Below, one piece after another: positions 35,134 to 42,655 of a stretch of 64,000 bases of DNA. Position 1 is the first letter of the stretch; each line of letters begins with the position of its first letter. Below the pieces are notes generated by a model, which was given only the letters and a program-made list of their open reading frames with translations, did not search any database and had not been told where the DNA came from. The position numbers and the translations under genes were made by a program. This stretch comes from an uncultured Gemmatimonadaceae bacterium (GTDB lineage: Bacteria > Gemmatimonadota > Gemmatimonadetes > Gemmatimonadales > Gemmatimonadaceae): positions 416,001-480,000 of the forward strand of contig CAWJMB010000002.1 of NCBI GenBank assembly GCA_963843845.1. The letters are read 5' to 3'.

Positions 35134-35601
35134 TCATCGTCCTCGGGTGCGTGGAGCTGCCGCGTTCGGGACGGCGCTGACGTGCCCGCCGGCCACGCGC
35201 CACGCGCCGGCGCCGTTCTCACGCGCCCAGACGCGGGTGTAGCAGAACGTGCCGAGCACGACTCCGCCCGCGACCTCGACCGTCAAGCGGGCCCGCAACG
35301 CGGTCACGGCCACGTCGGGGCCGATACGCCGCACGCGCAGCTCCTCCGGCTCGTGCGCCCGGACGCGCACGGCGCCGGAGCGGTGCGCCTCGAGGTCCTG
35401 CGACTTCGTGCCGAGCTGCCCGTCCGGCCCCGTGAAGAGCAGCTCGTCGGCGATCAGCGCATCGAGCGCCGTGACGTCCGCCGCCAGCTGCGCCGACCGG
35501 AGCCGCGCTTCGAGCGCGACGATCTCCGCGTCGGGCGCGCCCACCAGCGCGGCGGCGATGGGGAGACATTCGGCGTCGGTCACGTCGGTCACGTCGAGCA
35601 T
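35134..35601 (-). CDS. NTF2-like DUF4440 protein (possibly the most distal cassette)
   Basis: AQLAADVTALDALIADELLFTGPDG; YTRVW...WRVAGGHVS. Confidence 0.85.
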   Translation of the reverse strand: MLDVTDVTDAECLPIAAALVGAPDAEIVALEARLRSAQLAADVTALDALIADELLFTGPDGQLGTKSQDLEAHRSGAVRVRAHEPEELRVRRIGPDVAVTALRARLTVEVAGGVVLGTFCYTRVWARENGAGAWRVAGGHVSAVPNAAAPRTRGR

Positions 35602-35649
35602 GACGAGAGCCTGGGGGTCGTGTGGGAGTCGGCGGCCGGACGTCCGGCC

Positions 35650-35673
35650 TCAGCTGCAACGTATGCGTCGGGC
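35650..35673 (-). other. Degenerate half attC site
   Basis: TCAGCTGCAACGTATGCGTCGGGC matches the right arm of the other attC sites; partner arm not recognisable. Confidence 0.45.
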
Positions 35674-35766
35674 GGCACCACGCTGCGCGCGGCGAGGGCG
35701 TGGCCGACCGTCATCGCTCCGACCGCCGGCGAGCCGACGAGCGCGGCGGTGACGAGGCGGCTGGCG

Positions 35767-36366
35767 TCAGGGGGCCGACCGCGGGGCGGCCGGCGCGTAC
35801 GCCGCATGATGATGCGTCGGCACCTCCACCTCCAGCTCGGCCAGGAAGCGCTCGCGCGCGCGCTTCCACATGCCGAAGACTTCCTCGTGGGTCTCCTCCC
35901 GCCGCTCCGCCGTCGCCTGGTCGCCGAAGCCGAGCGCCTTGATCTGCTCGCGGATCTGCTTGACCGGCTCGAACGGGTACCATCCGGTCGACGACACGCC
36001 CGAGGGCACGTTCGCGTAGAAGCCCCGGACCGCCTCGATGGCGGCGCTCAGACGGCGCAGGACCTCCGCGTAGTGTTCCTGCGACGGCCTCGGGAGCTCC
36101 GTGTAGGTGAGGGCCGCCGCGACGGCCCCCACCATGTCGGCCCACACGGCGCGCAGCCCCTGCACGTAGGCGGCCCGGCGCTGGAATGCCTGCGCGAGAA
36201 AGGCGGCGGGGAGCGCGATGATCAGCGGGATCAGATCCCGATACGTCTGGTACACGGCCGTGTCGGCACCGGGGAACGTGACCCGCAGGGCGACGCCGAG
36301 GAGGATCGCACCGCCATACACTGCCGCAACCGTGCGCGTCACGCGCGAGAGCCGCCTGCGGGTCAT
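35767..36366 (-). CDS. Cassette-encoded hypothetical membrane protein (2 TM plus helical domain)
   Basis: 199-aa ORF between attC-like sites; two N-terminal hydrophobic helices. Confidence 0.75.
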   Translation of the reverse strand: MTRRRLSRVTRTVAAVYGGAILLGVALRVTFPGADTAVYQTYRDLIPLIIALPAAFLAQAFQRRAAYVQGLRAVWADMVGAVAAALTYTELPRPSQEHYAEVLRRLSAAIEAVRGFYANVPSGVSSTGWYPFEPVKQIREQIKALGFGDQATAERREETHEEVFGMWKRARERFLAELEVEVPTHHHAAYAPAAPRSAP

Positions 36367-36397
36367 CTCGGCCGTCCGGTGAATGGTGTGCGTGTCC

Positions 36398-36496
36398 GCG
36401 GAACGCCCACGTTCAGCTCCGGAGCGGGCCGCGCGATCTCAGCCGCCGCGAGGAGCGGCGGCCCGCTACGTCAGCTGCGACAACGTAACGTCGTCA
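36398..36496 (-). other. attC site (degenerate)
   Basis: GCGGAAC-gcccacg-TTCAGCTCCGGAGCGGGCCGC...GCGGCCCGCTACGTCAGCTGC, same arm layout as neighbours; right end damaged. Confidence 0.6.
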
Positions 36497-36766
36497 CCCC
36501 CGACGCCCTACCGCGCGGTCGTGGCGAAGGAGCTCGCGCGCATCGTCTGCGACGTCCTCACGAAGCAGGAGGCATTCAACGGCACGTTCACAGGCAAACC
36601 GCTGAGTCGCAGGAAGTCGTCGCAGTGGCCGCGGCCGGCGAGCCCGCCCGTCTGACTGGAGCCGGCTCCGCGAGGAGCCGCGTCGCGCCGTCATATCGGA
36701 TTGTGCCGCCAACCGTCGCGCCGCCGGAGAACCTCTGGGCCCGGCCCTGCAATGATGCCCGTCGCT
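36497..36766 (+). mobile_element. Remnant of an IS110-family transposase C-terminus plus downstream non-coding end
   Basis: RAVVAKELARIVCDVLTKQEAFNG...* resembles the terminal A-x-A-R-K-L-A-R helix of IS110 transposases; stop at 36655. Confidence 0.55.
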
Positions 36767-36862
36767 CGCTCACGCCCGAGTTCACCTGCGAACGCGCGCG
36801 GCTGGAGCCGTGGATGCCGAGGGGCGATGCGCGCGTTCGTCAGGTGCAACGATTCGTGAGGC
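36767..36862 (-). other. attC site
   Basis: CGCTCAC...TTCACCTGCGAACGCGCGC / GCGCGCGTTCGTCAGGTGCAA...GTGAGGC with two unpaired bases; abuts the toxin stop codon. Confidence 0.75.
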
Positions 36863-36863
36863 C

Positions 36864-37165
36864 TCACGCGCGCCGGCGCCAGGTCCGCGGCTGCCGGCGC
36901 TGGTGGACGACCGCGCGGACCTCGATGAGTTCCGCCTCCGGCAGGAGTCGATAGTAGAGCGAGTACGGGAACCGGTGGAGAAGCGCACGCCGGACGCCCC
37001 GGTGCACCTCCGGGCACGCCGCCGGGTGGTCGGCAATGAGGCCCGTCGCGCGCCCACCTCTTCCAGGAACTCATCCCCGAGCCCGCCGCGCGCCGCCTCG
37101 TAGTCCGCGTACGCCTCGGCGACGTCCTCGTCGGCGAGCGGCGTGAACCGGACCTGCCAGCTCAC
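36864..37165 (-). CDS. RelE/ParE-family toxin (1-nt deletion near 37053)
   Basis: VRFTPLADEDVAEAYADYE...GLGDEFLEEV, then shifted frame GVRRALLHRFPYSLYYR...VRAVVHQRRQP. Confidence 0.85.
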
Positions 37166-37175
37166 GCCGCCCGCC

Positions 37176-37394
37176 TCACCGCGGGCGTCGCGCGCTCGCG
37201 CGCACCTCGTCCCACGTCCGCGTCCCGAACTCCCGCGGGTCCGCGAGGCGGTCGTCGAGCACCTCCCGGTGCCAGTCGGGCACCGGGACGTCCGCCGGGG
37301 ACGTCGCGAGGCTATCCCAGATGTCCTCGACCAGCCGCAGCCGCTGGTCGGGGGGGAGCTGGAGGATATCGTAGAGGATCGGGCGGGCACTCAT
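37176..37394 (-). CDS. Addiction-module antitoxin (TIGR02574-like)
   Basis: ILQLPPDQRLRLVEDIWDSL...VPDWHREVLDDRL...WDEV. Confidence 0.9.
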   Translation of the reverse strand: MSARPILYDILQLPPDQRLRLVEDIWDSLATSPADVPVPDWHREVLDDRLADPREFGTRTWDEVRASARRPR

Positions 37395-37506
37395 GCCAGT
37401 AACCTTGGGCCAGACGGCCCACGGAGCAAGCGCTGGCCGGAGCGGGCTCGTCACCGGCGCCGGCGCCCGCGAACCTCGGTCGCCCGCTCATCGGCGCCTG
37501 GATGAG

Positions 37507-37604
37507 GCCTAACGCTCAGGTTAAGCTGCGAAGCCGGCCTCACGGTGGTCTGCTGCCGGCGCGGAAGACCTGCCGGCTTCGTCAGCTTCAACCACCCGTT
37601 AGGC
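37507..37604 (-). other. attC site (canonical)
   Basis: GCCTAAC...TTAAGCTGCGAAGCCGGC / GCCGGCTTCGTCAGCTTCAA...GTTAGGC; the TAA stop of the upstream gene lies in the inverse core site. Confidence 0.92.
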
Positions 37605-37844
37605 GGCGCGCTGGGCGACGAGGTCTCTCAGGAACTCGGGCGCCAGGTCGGCGCCGTTCGGCCACGCGACCGTGCGCACCTCCGGGTCGAGGCGGACCCG
37701 GGCGAACACGGCCGGGTCGCGCAGCGGCTCGAAGACCTCGCCCGTCAGCTCGGGGCCGAGGTCGACCTCGCCCTCGGCCCCGTCGCTGAACCGGAGCCAG
37801 AGCACGTAGGCGCCGACGTGGCGCGCGGCGGTGACGTGGAGCAC
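37599..37844 (-). CDS. DUF2442-family putative antitoxin
   Basis: LWLRFSDGAEGEVDL...GEVFEPLRDP...TVAWPNGADLAPEFL; GGAGG RBS. Confidence 0.9.
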   Translation of the reverse strand: MLHVTAARHVGAYVLWLRFSDGAEGEVDLGPELTGEVFEPLRDPAVFARVRLDPEVRTVAWPNGADLAPEFLRDLVAQRAA

Positions 37845-37872
37845 GAGACCTCCGGGAGCGGGACCGCTCAAC

Positions 37873-38130
37873 CTACTCCAGCGGCGGGATGGGCTTCAAC
37901 GGCTTCCGCTCCCGCGCCAGGGCCCAGTCCTCCAGCAGCGCGTCCCGGTGCGCGTCGAGCCACTCCAGCACGTGCCCCAGCGCGCGGCGCGGGAACCGGC
38001 CCGTGACGACCCCGTCGCGGATCCCCACGGTCACCTCGTACTCGCCGTAGGCGGCGTGGAAGTGCGGCGGCTCGTGGTCGCGGTAGAGGATCGAGATGAC
38101 GATCCCGAGGAACCGACTGATGACAGGCAT
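37873..38130 (-). CDS. DUF4160-family putative toxin
   Basis: MPVISRFLGIVISILYRDHEPPHFHAAYGEY. Confidence 0.9.
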   Translation of the reverse strand: MPVISRFLGIVISILYRDHEPPHFHAAYGEYEVTVGIRDGVVTGRFPRRALGHVLEWLDAHRDALLEDWALARERKPLKPIPPLE

Positions 38131-38160
38131 GCCACGAAGATACGACGATCCCCGTAAGCC

Positions 38161-38257
38161 GCCGAACGCCCAGCTTAAGCTGCGAAGCCGCAGGGTTGGA
38201 GGGATGGATGACCACGGGATGCTGCGCGGCTTCGTCAGCTTCAAGCACTCGTCCGGC
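38161..38257 (-). other. attC site
   Basis: GCCGAAC...TTAAGCTGCGAAGCCGC / GCGGCTTCGTCAGCTTCAA...GTCCGGC. Confidence 0.85.
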
Positions 38258-38339
38258 GGCGCGGACGACGCGTAACGGCTGGCTACCGCGCCGGCCATAC
38301 GCGTGCTACCCTCGGCAGCGCCTCCCAGCTCCCGCTCGC

Positions 38340-38564
38340 ATGCCGACGATCAAGGGCCTCCCCGGCCCCTATCGAGTCTACTTCTACAGCTTCGACTGCA
38401 ACGAGCCGCCGCACATCCACGTGCAGCGCGACCGGGCGTCGGCCAAGTTCTGGCTCGACCCGGTCGCCCTCGCCGCGAACCACGGCGTCGCGCCGCGCGA
38501 CCTGAGCGCGGCCCGGCGGCTTATCTTGGAGCACCGCCCACGAATCCTGGAGGCTTGGCAGTGA
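38340..38564 (+). CDS. DUF4160-family putative toxin (inverted cassette)
   Basis: GPYRVYFYSFDCNEPPHIHVQRD...AKFWLDPV. Confidence 0.9.
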   Translation: MPTIKGLPGPYRVYFYSFDCNEPPHIHVQRDRASAKFWLDPVALAANHGVAPRDLSAARRLILEHRPRILEAWQ

Positions 38565-38839
38565 GCACTGCGGCGAGGCTGGACCGACCGGAGAGTGACC
38601 CGCGCGCCGTCGCGGTCGAGATCACAGACGACATTATCGCCGCCCGGCTCGCCGCCGGCCGGACGATCAGCGTGCCACTCGCGTGGTCGTGGCGCCTGGC
38701 CGACGCGACGCCGGCCCAGCGCGCGCGCTACGAACTGCTCGGCGACGGGAGCGGCATTCACTGGCCTGAGGTCGACGAGGACATCAGTGTCCGCGGGATG
38801 CTCGACGGCGTTCCGGCACGCCGGCCTGTCACGCGATAG
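38561..38839 (+). CDS. DUF2442-family putative antitoxin (inverted cassette)
   Basis: GRTISVPLAWSWRLADATPAQR...GIHWPEVDEDISV; GTGA overlap with the toxin. Confidence 0.9.
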   Translation: MSTAARLDRPESDPRAVAVEITDDIIAARLAAGRTISVPLAWSWRLADATPAQRARYELLGDGSGIHWPEVDEDISVRGMLDGVPARRPVTR

Positions 38840-38874
38840 CACCACCGCTCGGCAGACCGCGGCGTGTGTTGTCC

Positions 38875-39832
38875 GCCGAACGCCCACGCTTAGAGCCGAT
38901 CCTAAAACCGGCGTGAAATGTGCGGCATAACCGGGTAAGGACCCGACGTTTCGCACCGTTCCTGAGCCGCTCTGGCAGGCGGTCGCGCCCCTGCTGCCCC
39001 CCGAGCCGCCGAAGCCGAAGGGCGGTCGACCGCGGGTGTCGGATCGCGCCGTCCTCGCGGGGATCTTGTATCGCCTGCGCACCGGGTGCCAGTGGAAGGC
39101 GCTGCCGAGCGAGTTCGGCTCGGGCTCGACGTGCCATCTCCGCATGCAGCAGTGGGCGCGGGCCGGCGTGTTCACCGAGGCCTTCGCAGCGATGCTCCGC
39201 CGCTACGACCGGCGGCGCGGCATTCAGTGGACGTGGGCGGCGCTGGACGGCTTCATCGTCAAAGCGCCACAGGGGGGGACCTCACCGGGCCGAACCCGAC
39301 CGACCGCGCGAAAAGCGGTGCGAAGCGGCACGTCTTAACGGACGGCCGAGGCGTCCCGCACGCGGTCGTGCTCAGCGCGGCGAACACGCACGACAAGTGG
39401 AGCCTCGCCGCGACGCTCGACGCCGTCGTCCTCCAGACTCCGCGCGGGCCACGCCGGCCGGTCCACCTGTGCCTCGATAAAGGCTATGCGTTCCGCGACT
39501 GCGAGGCGGCGGTCCGCGCTCGCCGCATCGTTCCGCACATCCGGCAGCGGGGCGAGCCCCCGCTCGTCGGCCGCGTGCATGGGCGCCCGCGGCGCTGGGT
39601 CGTCGAGCGCACGGGCAGCTGGCACAACCGCTTCCGTACGCTGCTCGTCCGGTGGGGGCGCAAGGCGACCAACTATCTTGCCCTCGTCCAGCTGGCGTGC
39701 GCCCTCATCGCACTCCGCCACGCCCGTTAGGCGGTTTTAGGACCGGCTCTAAGCTGCAAGGCCGCAGGGTTGGAGCCAGGCTGCCGGTGCGGGGCGCTGC
39801 GCGGCCTTGTCAGCTTCAACCACACGTTAGGC
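38875..39832 (-). other. attC site interrupted by an IS
   Basis: Removing 38893-39751 restores GCCGAACGCCCACGCTTAAGCTGCAAGGCCGC...GCGGCCTTGTCAGCTTCAACCACACGTTAGGC. Confidence 0.88.
38893..39749 (+). mobile_element. IS5-family insertion sequence (IS427-like), 857 bp, TA target duplication
   Basis: TIRs GAGCCGATCCTAAAACCG / CGGTTTTAGGACCGGCTC; transposase ILYRLRTGCQWKALP, TGPNPTDRAKSG, DKGY, RWVVER split over two frames at a G7 run. Confidence 0.93.
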
Positions 39833-39900
39833 CGGCCCGTGGGTGCGGCACCACGGGGTCGGCGCGGTGCGCGACGGCTCGGGCGCTCGCGGTGATCGAC

Positions 39901-40197
39901 TCAGCGGCGATCCCGCCAGTAGTCGGGACGCCGGCGGAAGTGCGCCACCGCGACGACGTACACGCGTTCGGCCTCGACCGCATACAGGATCGCGTACGGG
40001 AAGCGACGCACGAACACGCGGCGCAGGTTATCGCTGACCGGGGAGCCGTGCAGCGGCGCCTCGGCCGCGCGGTCGGTCGCCTCGCGCACCGCCAGGCCGA
40101 ACCGCACCCCGAGCCCTCGGCGCTCGCCCTCGTACCGCGCGACGGCCTCGTCGTAGTCGGCCTGCGCGTCCGGGTGGAACTCGAGCGCCAGGGCCAC
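39901..40197 (-). CDS. RelE/ParE-family toxin
   Basis: FHPDAQADYDEAVARYE...RRFPYAILY...VVAVAHFRRRPDYW. Confidence 0.9.
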   Translation of the reverse strand: MALALEFHPDAQADYDEAVARYEGERRGLGVRFGLAVREATDRAAEAPLHGSPVSDNLRRVFVRRFPYAILYAVEAERVYVVAVAHFRRRPDYWRDRR

Positions 40198-40211
40198 CAG
40201 TCAGCGGACGC

Positions 40212-40499
40212 TCACTCCGCCGCGTCGCCGTGCCGTCGCGGCGGCAGGCCGGCGAAGACCGTCGCGGCGGACACCCCCGCGACCGTCCCGGCCCGCAGTT
40301 CCGCGAGGCGACGCTCGCCTTCGGCGACCCACGCCGCCTCGACCGCCTCGCGCGTCGCCGAGCCGTCCTCGCCCACGTCGTCGAGACTCGCGAGCAACAC
40401 CTCTGCGAACCGCGCGCGGTCGGCGGTCGGCAAGCGCAGGAGTTCGTATTCGAGCGTTTCAGAGGGACGAACCACGGGGCGCTCCGAAAGGGACTTCAC
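40212..40499 (-). CDS. Addiction-module antitoxin (TIGR02574-like)
   Basis: LLRLPTADRARFAEVLLASLD...AWVAEGERRLAELRAG. Confidence 0.85.
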   Translation of the reverse strand: MKSLSERPVVRPSETLEYELLRLPTADRARFAEVLLASLDDVGEDGSATREAVEAAWVAEGERRLAELRAGTVAGVSAATVFAGLPPRRHGDAAE

Positions 40500-40536
40500 T
40501 CAATGTAGCGTCGAAGGTCGCCGGGCGCGCAGCTCG

Positions 40537-40580
40537 GCCTAACGCCTATTGTACAGCATCCGACGCAGTATATCGTCCAG
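40537..40580 (-). other. Candidate attI/promoter at the head of the array
   Basis: Minus strand ATATACTGCGTCGGATGCTGTACAATAGGC-GTTAGGC: a core site with AT-rich, non-palindromic upstream sequence including TACAAT. Confidence 0.5.
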
Positions 40581-40661
40581 CCGCAGCGGCGACGCCACGC
40601 CGCCGTGCGGCGCCGGCCCGATCGGCCGCGGACCGACCGGGCGAGCCCGCCGTCGCCCCGG

Positions 40662-41603
40662 TCAGTACACCCCGAGATCCCGCCCCACCGCGACCGCCCC
40701 CGCGAAGCGCCGCCGCACCTCGCCTAACAGTGCTGCGTCGTTCACGCCCGGCGGCAGCAGGTGCGACAGCACGAGCAGCTTCGCGCCGGCCCGCGCCGCG
40801 ATCGCCCCGACCGAATCCCCCGACGTGTGATAGCGCGTGTGATACGCCTTCCACGCCGGCGGCCGCTCCGCCAGACTCGCCGACGCGATGACTTCGTGCA
40901 CGAGCACGTCGCAGCCGCGGCACGCGCGCACGACCGCCTCGCTCGGTCCCGTGTCGCCGGAGATCACGATCGAGCGGTCTGGCGTGTCGAAGCGGTACCC
41001 GTACGCGTGCGTCCACGCGCCGTGCGGCACCGCGAACGCCGTCACGGCGACGAGCGCGTCGCGGTAGACGACGCCGGGCGCGACGTCGTGCGCCCGCGCG
41101 CCGTGCCCGGTCGCGTTCGACGGCTCGCCGCCGTGCAGCCGCACGTCGACGTCCTCGGCGTACGCGGCCGCGAGATGGCGGACCATCGCCGACGTGCCGG
41201 GCGGGCCGTAGACGGCGAGCGGCGTCGTCCGGCCCAACGTCCACGGCGTGTACATGAGGTCCGGCAGGCCGAGCGTGTGGTCCGAGTGCAGATGCGTGAG
41301 GAAGACGACGCCGAGTCGCGCCGCGGCGAGCGCGGGGGCCGAGTCGATCGCGCTCGCGGCGGCGGCGCGGCGAACGACCCCGGCGCCCGCGTCGACGAGA
41401 TAGGCGACGCCGTCGACGACGATCGCCGTGGAAGGGCCGGCGCGGTCGGGGTCGGCGTTCGGCGTGCCGGTGCCGAGGAGGATGACGCGCGTGCGGGGCG
41501 CAGCGCTCGGCACGGCGCGGACGCGCGACGCGTTCGTCATGGCGAGCGTCGCGACGGCGATCGTCGCGAGCGTCGGTGCGGAGAGTGCGCGGAGCAGGTT
41601 CAT
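40662..41603 (-). CDS. Secreted MBL-fold metallohydrolase (RNase Z/AtsA-like)
   Basis: ILLGTGTP, LVDAG, THLHSDH, ISGDT, LVHE, YHTS. Confidence 0.9.
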   Translation of the reverse strand: MNLLRALSAPTLATIAVATLAMTNASRVRAVPSAAPRTRVILLGTGTPNADPDRAGPSTAIVVDGVAYLVDAGAGVVRRAAAASAIDSAPALAAARLGVVFLTHLHSDHTLGLPDLMYTPWTLGRTTPLAVYGPPGTSAMVRHLAAAYAEDVDVRLHGGEPSNATGHGARAHDVAPGVVYRDALVAVTAFAVPHGAWTHAYGYRFDTPDRSIVISGDTGPSEAVVRACRGCDVLVHEVIASASLAERPPAWKAYHTRYHTSGDSVGAIAARAGAKLLVLSHLLPPGVNDAALLGEVRRRFAGAVAVGRDLGVY

Positions 41604-41737
41604 GCGATAGCGTATCCCTCCACGCGAGCGCGCACCACGGGACACCGCAGACGCGGCGGGCGAGCCGGCGTGCGCGCCGCACGCGTGAGACACGACACCG
41701 ACCCTCTGTCCCGCAGACCCCTTCCCCGACTCCCGCC

Positions 41738-42655
41738 ATGAAGCACATCCTCGCCCTCCTCGCCACCACGTCCATCGCGACGGCCGCGCTCGGGCAGACC
41801 GCGCCGGCCGCCGGCGCCGCGAGCCAGAACCGGGGCGGCGGCACCTGCGCGCAGAACCCCTACAACTGCGCCGACGCCGCCAACCCGCTCCCGGCACCGA
41901 ACACGGTGTGGATCGAGGAGATGACGTGGATGGACGTGCGCGACGCGCTCGCGGCGGGGAAGACGACGGCGATCATCGCCACGGGCGGCATGGAGCCGAA
42001 CGGGCCGTGGCTCGTCACCGGGAAGCACAACTACGTGCTGCACACGAACTGCGAGGCGATCGCGCGCAAGCTCGGCAACGCGCTCTGCGCGCCGATCGTG
42101 AAGTTCGTGCCCGAGGGAGACATCGAGCGGCAGACCGGGCACATGGCGAGCGCCGGCACGATCTCGGCGCGCGAAGGCACGTTCCGCGCGCTGCTCACCG
42201 ACATCGTGCACTCGCTCAAGATGCACGGCTTCGAGACGATCATCCTCATCGGCGACAGCGGCGGCAACCAGGGCGGGCAGCGCGCGGTGGCCGACTCGCT
42301 CACGGCGCTGTGGAAAGGCGACCCGATCGTCGCCCACGTGCAGGAGTACTACGACTACGCGAGCGTCGCGAAGTACATGACCGAGCACGGCATCGTCGAC
42401 GGCGCGTCGGACAACCTGCACGACGACGCGATCATCACGCTGAACATGTTCCTCGACGACCCGCGCTCGGTGCGCTACGACGAGCGCGTCAGGGCGGGGA
42501 AGGCGTCGATCAACGGGGTCTCGGTCGCCGACCGGAAGAAGAACACGGCGCTCGCGAAGCAGATCGTCGAGTACCGCGCGGCGACGACGGTGGAGGCGAT
42601 CCGCAAGGCGATCGCGAACGGGGGCACGCTGCCGGCGCCGGCCCGGCAGCGCTAA
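41738..42655 (+). CDS. Secreted creatininase-family protein (divergent motifs)
   Basis: Signal peptide; WIEEMTWMDVRDA, TGGMEPNGP, IGDSGGN. Confidence 0.8.
   Translation: MKHILALLATTSIATAALGQTAPAAGAASQNRGGGTCAQNPYNCADAANPLPAPNTVWIEEMTWMDVRDALAAGKTTAIIATGGMEPNGPWLVTGKHNYVLHTNCEAIARKLGNALCAPIVKFVPEGDIERQTGHMASAGTISAREGTFRALLTDIVHSLKMHGFETIILIGDSGGNQGGQRAVADSLTALWKGDPIVAHVQEYYDYASVAKYMTEHGIVDGASDNLHDDAIITLNMFLDDPRSVRYDERVRAGKASINGVSVADRKKNTALAKQIVEYRAATTVEAIRKAIANGGTLPAPARQR

Noticed and set aside
36398..39832. Spaced repeats read as CRISPR, REP or terminators
   Set aside because: Gene-sized spacing, core-site ends and asymmetric bulges fit attC sites.
40575..40610. IntI C-terminal remnant (HGGVASPL on the minus strand)
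   Set aside because: Too short and GC-biased; no upstream YTHV or other recombinase motif.
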